DNA from: a virus
IMG/VR virus record: IMGVR_UViG_3300031521_000043
Coordinates: 9,490 to 73,489 of that record
Direction: 5' to 3' (one strand)
DNA: 64,000 bases
Notes under the pieces: model-generated
What the model was told of the DNA's origin: nothing
The model's input: only the letters and a program-made list of their open reading frames with translations
Database searches by the model: none
Made by a program: the position numbers and the translations under genes
Part shown: in pieces, positions 56,521 to 64,000 of the stretch
Layout: every line of letters starts with the position of its first letter
How positions within the stretch are numbered: position 1 is the first letter of the stretch

Positions 56521-56662
56521 TGGAGCCGGATGTTGGCTTTGGCACCAATCAATTCAACTTATAGAAAGGGAATCGAACATCGTTATAATGCCCTAATATT
56601 TCTATTTTCAAGAGCTGCGTTTTTTCTGTCCGTTTATTAAACGGTGGTTAAACTAATCCGGC
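56521..56662 (-). ncRNA. tRNA-like RNA with insertions in D loop and anticodon loop
   Basis: GCCGGAT/ATCCGGC-TCCA; D-loop hairpin followed by ACAGAAAA; ~45-nt hairpin in the anticodon loop. Confidence 0.6.
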
Positions 56663-56672
56663 AAAAATTAAA

Positions 56673-56761
56673 TGGTCGGAGTGGTGAGACTCGAACTCAC
56701 AAGGCCACAGGGGCGCCTCGTTCCAGGCGAGGGTGACTGCCAATTATCTTCCTACACTCCG
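56673..56761 (-). tRNA. tRNA-Pro(TGG) with long variable arm and C33
   Basis: C1-G72, loop CC-TGG-AA, extra arm GCC-CCTGT-GGC, CCA. Confidence 0.75.
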
Positions 56762-56863
56762 TTAAAATTAAAGTTTATAGAGAAGGAATTAAACCTTACA
56801 CAGTCCATTCCTTAGTTGTGTTCTTTGGCTGCGGGCTGTGTTCTTTCTAGTTATAAACTAAAT

Positions 56864-56947
56864 TGGTGGTGCCAGGGGGACTTGAACCCCCACAGTCTTT
56901 CGACACTGGGTAAGAGCCAGTTACTCTGCCGCTCGAGTTCCGACACC
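56864..56947 (-). tRNA. tRNA-Lys(CTT) with long variable arm
   Basis: Loop CT-CTT-AC, extra arm GTC-GAAA-GAC, CCA. Confidence 0.85.
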
Positions 56948-56961
56948 ATAAAATAATAAAT

Positions 56962-57035
56962 TGGTCGTCTTACGTGGAATCGAACCACGGTCTTTCGGTT
57001 ATCGGCCGACTGCTCTACCATTGAGTTATAAGACG
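56962..57035 (-). tRNA. tRNA-Ile(GAT), C33
   Basis: Loop CC-GAT-AA, CCA. Confidence 0.85.
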
Positions 57036-57148
57036 GAAATTTTACCTACATGGTTAATTACTCCTAGTAGGAATTAGTAGTTTGTTGCCACAACGTCGTA
57101 AAACACGAATGCTTCATAACATGATGACTATAGGACTTCTCCTAGAGA

Positions 57149-57237
57149 TGGTGGCGCCGGTGGGATTCGAACCCACGTGGATTTTTACATCGTCGGATTA
57201 AAAGTCCGCTGCGGTCGGCCTCTACGCGAACGACGCC
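57149..57237 (-). tRNA. tRNA-Lys(TTT) with long variable arm
   Basis: Loop CT-TTT-AA, extra arm GAT-GTAAAA-ATC, CCA. Confidence 0.82.
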
Positions 57238-57244
57238 ATATTAT

Positions 57245-57916
57245 TTAAATTAATTTATATCTTTTTGCCCATTTTCTTACGGCATTATCACTTACTTCAA
57301 ATTGTTTACCTATTGTTGTCATAGGCAATTCTTTTATTAATTTTTCAAGTTCTTCTTTCGATGGTCTTACCACTTTTCTTTTATGTGGTCTATCTTGATT
57401 TTTCCAATTAGGATTTAAAATTGATTTTTTTATTCTATGAAGATTTAATTTTTTACTACCATAAGTGTCCGATTGTGTATGACAATTTGGGCATAACCAT
57501 CTTAAATTTTCTTTTCTATTATCTTTCGGATTTCCGCTAATGTGGTCTAATTGAAGTTTAAGTGGCAAATCTCTGTGCGTCCCATTATTTTTACACAACA
57601 CACATTCATACTTTAAATTTTCCTTTGCCCATCTTTTTATTGGATATATGGAACCATTCCAATTTTCAATTAAAAACACTTCATCTTTATATCTTTCATT
57701 TTTCATTCTACTATCGTGTTTTTCAGAAATAACTTTTCTAAAATCAAAATGGTCTGTAGAAATGTTTAATTTGTCTATCCATTGTTTAACTACTCTGTGA
57801 TTTCCGCTACCGTTTGTAGTCAAACCTAACTTTCTTATTACATCACTTCTACAACGACTTTGTTTTACAATATCATTTAATTGATTTATCCATATCGGAA
57901 CTATAATTTTTTTCAT
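57245..57916 (-). mobile_element. HNH homing endonuclease
   Basis: 'CVLC...LQLDHISGNPKDNRKENLRWLCPNCH'; C-terminal HTH. Confidence 0.92.
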
Positions 57917-57969
57917 ATTCGAACCTTTATCAATAAATATGATGAACTTTAATGAAAGTTCGAATTATT

Positions 57970-58041
57970 TGGCAGGCGGAGGTGGTGTCGAGCCACCCAA
58001 ACTGAATTTTGGAGATTCTGTCGTTCGCCGGAACCCCGCCT
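57970..58041 (-). tRNA. tRNA-Trp(CCA) with miniature D arm
   Basis: Loop CT-CCA-AA, G73, D arm GTTC-CGGC-GAAC, CCA. Confidence 0.78.
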
Positions 58042-58051
58042 ATAAAATTGT

Positions 58052-58270
58052 GTTGTCTCTCCAACGTCAAGCCTACATCGTCAGGGGCTTTCCTTTAACA
58101 AAATGCTTTTCTTTTTGAAGCCATGAAACACGGAATTGCATCTACCGACTTATATCATGGTTTTTATAGTCTGACCTACTATCTTGTAAGATGTAGTAAT
58201 TGGCATCAACCAACCGACTATACAGCGTTTTAACGGTGCTATCCGTTACTTCGTTTAAAGTCCAGCTCGA
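58052..58270 (-). ncRNA. Candidate structured ncRNA (~220 nt)
   Basis: Non-coding multi-stem region (CTTTAA/TTAAAG, TATAGTC/GACTATA, CCATGA/TCATGG) ending GGCTTGAC-GTTGGAGAGACAAC. Confidence 0.5.
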
Positions 58271-58279
58271 CTCAAATCT

Positions 58280-58447
58280 TTAATATTCTCCTACGGAGAT
58301 ATCTTTTGTTCTATCTTTATACTTTTCCCAAACATCCATCAATTCTACCAAACGATTCATTTCATCCGAATCTAACAATTCCTCTAATTCTTTATTTGTT
58401 ATATATTTTGGTAATCTTTCGTTTTTCTTCTCTTCTACTGTTTTCAT
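58280..58447 (-). CDS. Small hypothetical protein (55 aa)
   Basis: MKTVEEKKNERLPKYITNKELEELLDSDEM... read from the sequence. Confidence 0.55.
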   Translation of the reverse strand: MKTVEEKKNERLPKYITNKELEELLDSDEMNRLVELMDVWEKYKDRTKDISVGEY

Positions 58448-58510
58448 AAAATTAAAAACCGCCTTTTTTCATTTCTGAGAGGCGGTGTTCTTAAAGTTAT
58501 GTTTTTTACT

Positions 58511-58744
58511 TTATGAGCGTCCGCCGCTCCTTTCAATACTTTTATCATTAAATTGGTTATTATATGACTTATGCCACATAGATTTAGATGATACGAGCAT
58601 CTTAGGCAACCCTTGTGGGTTAATCCCTTTTTCTTCGTTTTGTTGTAATGCTGTTTTCATCATGCCAATAAGTATATCAGAACTTTCGTTTCTGTCAAAT
58701 GTTTTTAACTTTTTTTCTTTTGGTGTTTTTACCACCGTTTTCAA
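58511..58744 (-). CDS. Small basic hypothetical protein
   Basis: 77 aa with TTG start; TTGACA promoter upstream; hairpin at 58458-58486 downstream. Confidence 0.5.
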   Translation of the reverse strand: MKTVVKTPKEKKLKTFDRNESSDILIGMMKTALQQNEEKGINPQGLPKMLVSSKSMWHKSYNNQFNDKSIERSGGRS

Positions 58745-58779
58745 ATTACATCGTCATCTTACACCATCATTTTATATTG

Positions 58780-59115
58780 TCAAGCCCCATCTTCTTCATC
58801 ATCTACAAAGAATTCTTCATCGTCATCTTTAAAGAATTTTGCAAATGGGTCTTCCTGTTCAGAACTCTCATCAAGAATCTTTATCACTTGTTGAATCATA
58901 AGTTCATTTTCATATTTTTCCTCAAGAGATAAATTTCCATCTGGATTTTTATCAGACCCTTCTTGTAAATCCATCAATCTTTCCATCTTTTCATCATCAG
59001 TTTCAATTTTATCTTTTGGCCTTTGAACTGATTCTGCGAATGATTCAAAACTATGATGTTGTTTAGTGATTAAATCATTAAACTTTTCATCGTCTTTTTT
59101 AATTGAATCGCTCAT
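58780..59115 (-). CDS. Acidic hypothetical protein
   Basis: True start MSDSIKK at 59115; upstream part of the ORF track call overlaps tRNA-Cys. Confidence 0.6.
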   Translation of the reverse strand: MSDSIKKDDEKFNDLITKQHHSFESFAESVQRPKDKIETDDEKMERLMDLQEGSDKNPDGNLSLEEKYENELMIQQVIKILDESSEQEDPFAKFFKDDDEEFFVDDEEDGA

Positions 59116-59119
59116 AAAT

Positions 59120-59193
59120 TGGAGGTATGTGAAGGATTCGAACCTTCGTAAATCGTTTTGCAGACGACTGTATAACCATTCTACCAACACACC
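59120..59193 (-). tRNA. tRNA-Cys(GCA)
   Basis: Loop CT-GCA-AA, U73, CCA. Confidence 0.92.
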
Positions 59194-59195
59194 GT

Positions 59196-59266
59196 GAATT
59201 CAGACCGGATTACGCCGATGTTTGACCTTTATCAACTGGTCTGTTCTACCGCTGAACTACTGAATC
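59196..59266 (-). pseudogene. Ile-like tRNA with 10-nt anticodon loop, no CCA
   Basis: Intact D arm GTTC-AGCGGTA-GAAC; GACC-AGTTGATAAA-GGTC. Confidence 0.55.
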
Positions 59267-59297
59267 TAAAATAAATATACACGAGCAAACTTTTTTG

Positions 59298-59453
59298 TCA
59301 AGCGTATGCTTTGATTTTTTTGGCATCTTCTATTGCTTGTTTTAATTTTAAATTAAAAGATTCCTTATCTTTGAGTTTATCGTATACTTCAACATCTTCC
59401 GTTAATTTTTTTAGAAAAAGTTCTTTAAACTTTCGTTCAAATTCCTTATTCAT
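59298..59453 (-). CDS. Small hypothetical protein (51 aa)
   Basis: MNKEFERKFKELFLKKLTEDVEVY... read from the sequence. Confidence 0.55.
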   Translation of the reverse strand: MNKEFERKFKELFLKKLTEDVEVYDKLKDKESFNLKLKQAIEDAKKIKAYA

Positions 59454-59472
59454 AAAGATATACATTTTAAAT

Positions 59473-59546
59473 TGGAGCCTATTGAGAGAATCGAACTCTC
59501 GTCTTCGGTTTACGAAACCGTAATAATTCCATTATACTAAATAGGC
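59473..59546 (-). tRNA. tRNA-Thr(CGT)
   Basis: Loop TT-CGT-AA, CCA. Confidence 0.9.
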
Positions 59547-59552
59547 AATTTT

Positions 59553-59665
59553 TGATAATACCGGACTCTTACCGGAATCTAAAACCATGCCTAACTCTAG
59601 CTACCGTTGCGACCGGTATATCTATACTTAGGTTTGTTTTCGCTTTAACAATAAGCTAATTATCA
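59553..59665 (-). ncRNA. tRNA-like RNA with greatly extended anticodon arm, no CCA
   Basis: TGATAAT/ATTATCA, D arm GCTT/AAGC, AAAAC/GTTTT plus ~50 nt nested hairpin, T arm CCGG-TAAGAGT-CCGG. Confidence 0.55.
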
Positions 59666-59670
59666 AATTT

Positions 59671-59745
59671 TGGAGCCTCATGAGGGAATCGAACCCTCGC
59701 TTCAACATTACCAATGTCGCTTGCTACCATTAACACCAAAGAGGC
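59671..59745 (-). tRNA. tRNA-Thr(GGT)
   Basis: Loop TT-GGT-AA, CCA. Confidence 0.9.
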
Positions 59746-59750
59746 AAAAT

Positions 59751-59906
59751 TTACTTTTTATTTAAGAAATCTTTTACGGATTCAAATTTACTTTTGTCAC
59801 CGTTAGCATAATCAATCAATGCTTGTAGAGTTGGTGTAATCTCACTATTTTTTTGGAGATTTCCAACATAAACGTCCCACAATTCACTGAATCTTTCGTA
59901 TTTCAT
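59751..59906 (-). CDS. Small hypothetical protein (51 aa)
   Basis: MKYERFSELWDVYVGNLQKNSEITPTLQALIDYANGD... read from the sequence. Confidence 0.55.
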   Translation of the reverse strand: MKYERFSELWDVYVGNLQKNSEITPTLQALIDYANGDKSKFESVKDFLNKK

Positions 59907-59911
59907 AAAAT

Positions 59912-59985
59912 TGGAGCCGGTTAGGGGAATCGAACCCGTGTCTAAAGTTTACAAAACTCTCGTTCTACCATTGAACTAAACCGGC
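59912..59985 (-). tRNA. tRNA-Thr(TGT)
   Basis: Loop TT-TGT-AA, CCA. Confidence 0.92.
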
Positions 59986-60099
59986 GAAATTGTTATCAGG
60001 TCGCCCGATGTGGGACAAGAATCCGTAATCTCAAGTTGTTCAAGACAACATTTGGTCTTACATCACTTCCTTCTAGGACTTTCACCTACACTGATAAAT

Positions 60100-60175
60100 T
60101 GGTGGGCCGATAGGGACTTGAACCCTAAAACCTACGTTCGAAGCGTAGTATGATATCCAATTTCATCATCAGCCC
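60100..60175 (-). tRNA. tRNA-Arg(TCG)
   Basis: Loop CT-TCG-AA, CCA. Confidence 0.9.
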
Positions 60176-60184
60176 GTTAAAATT

Positions 60185-60260
60185 TGGTGGGTCATCCCGG
60201 ATTCGAACCGGGAACAAAAGCTTCGTAGGCTCCTATGATATCCAATTTCACCAACAACCC
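60185..60260 (-). tRNA. tRNA-Arg(ACG)
   Basis: Loop CT-ACG-AA, CCA. Confidence 0.9.
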
Positions 60261-60263
60261 ATT

Positions 60264-60337
60264 TGGTGGCAGATAAGGGAGTCGAACCCGTGTCTTGTCC
60301 TTATGAGGAACTTATTCTTCCGTTGAACTAATCTGCC
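60264..60337 (-). tRNA. tRNA-Met/Ile2(CAT)
   Basis: Loop CT-CAT-AA, CCA. Confidence 0.85.
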
Positions 60338-60347
60338 GATGTCAATA

Positions 60348-60375
60348 ACTATATCAGACTTGATTAAAACGTCAA
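60348..60375 (-). promoter_or_regulatory. Sigma70-type promoter at the start of the tRNA island
   Basis: TTGACG-16 nt-TATAGTTATTGACA directly before the first tRNA. Confidence 0.75.
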
Positions 60376-60416
60376 GCCCTAATTAAAAATCTATTAAAAT
60401 AAACAGATTTAACGCA

Positions 60417-61544
60417 TTATAAATTAAATTTTGTTACCGCAATAGTCTCTTTATAAATGGAATACGTCGATAATATAGACGCAGACCCATCATTTAATTC
60501 GAGAAGAGTTGGGTATGCTGCAGCGCCGCCTTTATATATTCCAGGATATACTGGAACATCATTTCCAATTAACCTGACCATTTTTATGGAATTCCAGTTT
60601 ACTCCATCCCTGCCTGTCACAAAAATCAAAGGGTCACGGTTAAAAAGATAACTATAAGGATTCATTATCATACATGACGTTCCTGAGGAATGATTTAATT
60701 TTGAAATTTTAGATGGCGCATTTGGTATTGCCGAACTTCTTGGGTATGACCAATACGTTCCGTTTACACTATTTTGAATTTGAACAAATGCTGAAGATGA
60801 ATCCAAATTGTTATATGCTCTAGCATATCGTATCCAATAAGAGTCACCACATTTAAATGCCACAGATTCACATAATCCAGATTCTACAGGAGCAGGCCCG
60901 CCTGGCCAAAAAAGTTCAGTATTTACATTTACGGCTATTATATTACCTGGTTTCATTAAATCATTAAATATTTGTGATTTAAGACTGGCCGGGGCCTGAC
61001 TATATGATATGTCAGTATTCCCACCATATAACCACATTGGATTTCCAAATGTATCATTAACTACTGGTTGAATCAACATACCGTATGCTTGATACGCTGG
61101 TACTGGAGCATTAAGAGTCCAAGCAATAAAAACTATATCATAAAGAACATATAATACGTTATTTGATATGACAACCCCCGCCGGAGATGGAACTATAGCA
61201 TCAGCAGTGTGATTAAAATTAACTGCTTGCCAGGCCGGTAACACGGTATTATGTAACGACCAACTTTCGGCCTCATTACTACTAGATACATGTCTTATAT
61301 ATTGACCTGCTCCATCCTCATCTTTGTCATGTGTAGAATGTAACAAATGAATTGTATTAGTATCATTGCTTCTAAATAAAAATGGATGGTGATTATATGC
61401 CTGAACAGACGCAGTTGTAGGGACAAAAATAACTTTAGTAGCATTATTAGACCCAGTTGTGACATAAGAAAATGGAGGTGAACCAAAATTCCAATCGACA
61501 CTAATTAACGGTATGTATGATGACCTTTTTGGAGAGTTTATCAT
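60417..61544 (-). CDS. Sialidase-like (BNR/Asp-box) beta-propeller protein
   Basis: Asp-box-like 'SSSNEAESW', 'SVNGTYW', 'GRDGVNW'; 'R.PL', 'AYP', 'YS..KE'. Confidence 0.7.
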   Translation of the reverse strand: MINSPKRSSYIPLISVDWNFGSPPFSYVTTGSNNATKVIFVPTTASVQAYNHHPFLFRSNDTNTIHLLHSTHDKDEDGAGQYIRHVSSSNEAESWSLHNTVLPAWQAVNFNHTADAIVPSPAGVVISNNVLYVLYDIVFIAWTLNAPVPAYQAYGMLIQPVVNDTFGNPMWLYGGNTDISYSQAPASLKSQIFNDLMKPGNIIAVNVNTELFWPGGPAPVESGLCESVAFKCGDSYWIRYARAYNNLDSSSAFVQIQNSVNGTYWSYPRSSAIPNAPSKISKLNHSSGTSCMIMNPYSYLFNRDPLIFVTGRDGVNWNSIKMVRLIGNDVPVYPGIYKGGAAAYPTLLELNDGSASILSTYSIYKETIAVTKFNL

Positions 61545-61547
61545 ATG

Positions 61548-64000
61548 TTATGTTCCCATGAATGGATATGTTCTGCCTGTACCGCCATTGTACAATAAAT
61601 TGCATTCAGCTTGTGTTAACACCCTGCCCCATATACCTACATCTTGCATACTACCACTTAACCATGAAGCAGCAACCAACCCACCAATTAATAATGGAGC
61701 AACATTTGTAGATGAATATGAACCACTCGACCACGTTACTGTATTTGCTGTACCCCCATTAATTCGTATTCCTACTTGAGAATTATCAGCATCATACCAA
61801 CCAGCCACGTGATACCAAATATTTGCAGATGCGCTACCAAAAGTTGACGCCGAACAGGTTACAGTGGATGATGCCGACCCATTGCTAATCAATCCCATTT
61901 GAAAAAATCCATCACTATTACCATTATGAGACAAATAGTAACTTCTAAAATTTCCAAGGCTGTTATTGTATTTAGCAATCAACATGTTTTGTTGATTGAT
62001 TTTCTTTATATTCACCCAAGTTGCCAATGTAAAATTTGTATTTCCAAAATTAAATTTTGCATCACTTTCAGATATGTTTGCTGAAAATAAATACGAACTG
62101 GTTCCTGCTGTAAATCCTGTTGCTAATTTTCTAGTTTTTCCTGATACATTGCTTAGACTTCCAGTTTGACTTAAGAAATGTGAACTATAACTGTCTATTT
62201 TTGATAGACCTTGTCCCTGGTCTAATGGGAAAAATGCAATTAAACTATCATATAATGTTTTTGGAGACGCCGGACTTCCATATACATTCCATGTAGTTGC
62301 GTCAGTTTGTACTAATGTTACAAACGTTCCATCCCCAGATATTGAACTATTACCTAATATAGACATTCCACTACCAGGAATAAATGTTGCTATAACACTA
62401 CCAACTAAAGATACAAATATTGTAGAAGGATAATTTAAGTTTGGAAGATTTATGTTTGCATTAGCCACACATTTTAACAAATGACTTTTACTTGAAACGG
62501 ATGCAGTATAATCACTCGATAAAGTTTCTATCTGTTCTATTACGTCATTGTGTAAAGTATATGATGATGTTAAAGCATAACTTGAACTTATTGCCTGACT
62601 GGATGTTATTTGATAAAGAGATGCGGTATTTAATGTTGTAGACCCTTGACTAGGCGACCATGATGCGCTGTTAGCAAATGACGATGAGATTATATACAAT
62701 GATAAGTCTGCTCGTGATGCAGAAACTGCATATGATGAAGACACTGTATATGACGCGGAAACGGCAAATCCAGCATTATTTGAAAACGATGACGTTCCAC
62801 CATAAAACGATGATGTAAGAGCGTATGATGCGCTGTTAACAAAAGAGGCAGTGTCAGCTACGGATGCAGTTGCAACAGTTAAAGCAAAATATGCGCTCTG
62901 AGCATTTACTGCATTATCTGCCATGGTTGCTGTCGAGGATGATACAGAATATTGAGCGTTGATTGCGTTAGTAGCAAAATCGGCATTAGTAGCAGTTCCG
63001 GCCGTAGGCGCAAATCCAGCAAACTGTGCGTAGGATGCCGTTCCACCAAAATATGATGCAGTTAAAGCTAAACTAGCTGTTGGAGCAAATCCAGCGACCA
63101 AAGCAAATGACGCAGTACCATTAAATAATGATGCAGTAAGTACAGTATCAACGTTTGTAGCCGTACCTACATTTGTGACATGATTTACTGTTGTGGCGAC
63201 ATCTGCATTTGTAATCGTTGTCACATTAGTTGCATTTGTCACATTAGTTGCATTTGTCACATTAGTTGCGTTAGCTGCGGTAGTAACGTTTGAAGCATTA
63301 CTTACATTTGTAACAGTAGTTGCGTTAGTTGCATTTGTTACGTTGGTTACGTTTGTTGCGTTAGTTGCATTCGTTATAGTATCTACGTTATCAACATTAC
63401 TTACAAAATTTGCATTTGTAACTTGACTTGCTGTGATAGCATATTGCGCAGTATTTGAATAACTTGCTGTTCCATTATAAAATGATGCTGTATATGCAAA
63501 TGACGAACTATTTGTGTATGAGGCCGACACAGCAAATCCAGCAGAATTTACATAACTAGATGTTCCGGTATAATACGAAGCTGTTATTGCAAATGACGCC
63601 GTCGGAGCAAATCCAGCAGTATTAACGAAACTTGCTGTTCCTGGAAAATATGACGCCGTTATTGCAAATGATGCCGTCGGAGCAAATCCTGCATTAATTG
63701 CAAATGATGCTGTTCCCGGAAAATACGAAGCTGTTATGGCAAAACTAGAGGTTGGAGAAAAACTGGATGTTATAGAAAACCCGGATGTTATGGCAAAAGA
63801 TGATAACAATGCATTTGATGCTGACGTTGCATTTGATGCTGTTATTGCAAATGTTGCATTAGTTGCATTTGATGCTGTTATTGCAAATGTTGCATTAGTT
63901 GCATTTGATGCTGTTATTGCTAAACTTGCGTTTGTAGCAAACGAGGCAGTTGGAGCAAATCCAGCAGTATTAGCGAATGATGCCGTCCCTGGAAAATACG
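61548..64000 (-). CDS. Tail fibre/adhesin with TASFA and NAT repeats and C-terminal LamG domain (5' truncated)
   Basis: Frame stays open upstream of 63809 to the window edge; LamG 'FTLATWV...WYHVAG...G.MQDVGIWGRVLT'. Confidence 0.82.
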   Translation of the reverse strand, partial: YFPGTASFANTAGFAPTASFATNASLAITASNATNATFAITASNATNATFAITASNATSASNALLSSFAITSGFSITSSFSPTSSFAITASYFPGTASFAINAGFAPTASFAITASYFPGTASFVNTAGFAPTASFAITASYYTGTSSYVNSAGFAVSASYTNSSSFAYTASFYNGTASYSNTAQYAITASQVTNANFVSNVDNVDTITNATNATNVTNVTNATNATTVTNVSNASNVTTAANATNVTNATNVTNATNVTTITNADVATTVNHVTNVGTATNVDTVLTASLFNGTASFALVAGFAPTASLALTASYFGGTASYAQFAGFAPTAGTATNADFATNAINAQYSVSSSTATMADNAVNAQSAYFALTVATASVADTASFVNSASYALTSSFYGGTSSFSNNAGFAVSASYTVSSSYAVSASRADLSLYIISSSFANSASWSPSQGSTTLNTASLYQITSSQAISSSYALTSSYTLHNDVIEQIETLSSDYTASVSSKSHLLKCVANANINLPNLNYPSTIFVSLVGSVIATFIPGSGMSILGNSSISGDGTFVTLVQTDATTWNVYGSPASPKTLYDSLIAFFPLDQGQGLSKIDSYSSHFLSQTGSLSNVSGKTRKLATGFTAGTSSYLFSANISESDAKFNFGNTNFTLATWVNIKKINQQNMLIAKYNNSLGNFRSYYLSHNGNSDGFFQMGLISNGSASSTVTCSASTFGSASANIWYHVAGWYDADNSQVGIRINGGTANTVTWSSGSYSSTNVAPLLIGGLVAASWLSGSMQDVGIWGRVLTQAECNLLYNGGTGRTYPFMGT
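63180..63420 (-). repeat. Tandem 9/18-nt coding repeats (TNA/TNV)
   Basis: Repeated acattagttgcatttgtc-like units. Confidence 0.8.

Noticed and set aside
45908-60337. Stop-codon reassignment or suppressor tRNA
   Set aside because: No CTA, TTA or TCA anticodon was found, and long genes are intact under the standard code with TAA, TAG and TGA all used as stops.

Overview
This 64 kb AT-rich window comes from a large T4-related (jumbo-type) myophage, and almost all genes lie on the minus strand. Positions 1-43 kb hold the packaging, replication and virion genes: portal, large terminase, a fused Mre11-Rad50 (gp47-gp46) nuclease, primase, RuvC-like resolvase, two free-standing homing endonucleases, baseplate gp6/gp25/gp5-like genes, a gp55-like late sigma factor, Ser/Ala-repeat tail fibres and PhoH. 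Positions ~45.9-60.3 kb are an RNA island. It has about 40 tRNAs covering all 20 amino acids, a compact RNase P RNA, many tRNA-derived non-canonical RNAs and RNA-related proteins (2H phosphoesterase, SpoU/TrmH methyltransferase, two HNH nucleases). The most striking unexplained signals are in this island. (i) Four copies of a cassette, AGATAC..ACAGCA..A-rich..payload..A-rich..GTATCT; in three of them the payload carries an anticodon loop with an A34 anticodon (AAT, ATT, ATC), and one payload is a complete circularly permuted tRNA-Asp. (ii) A second permuted tRNA held in a tandemly repeated RNA scaffold next to the 2H phosphoesterase. (iii) A split mimic of the 23S rRNA L11-binding (GTPase-associated) domain directly behind the SpoU methyltransferase. 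Positions 60.4-64 kb encode a sialidase-like protein and a 5'-truncated repeat/LamG fibre. All calls come from reading the sequence by eye; no searches were run.
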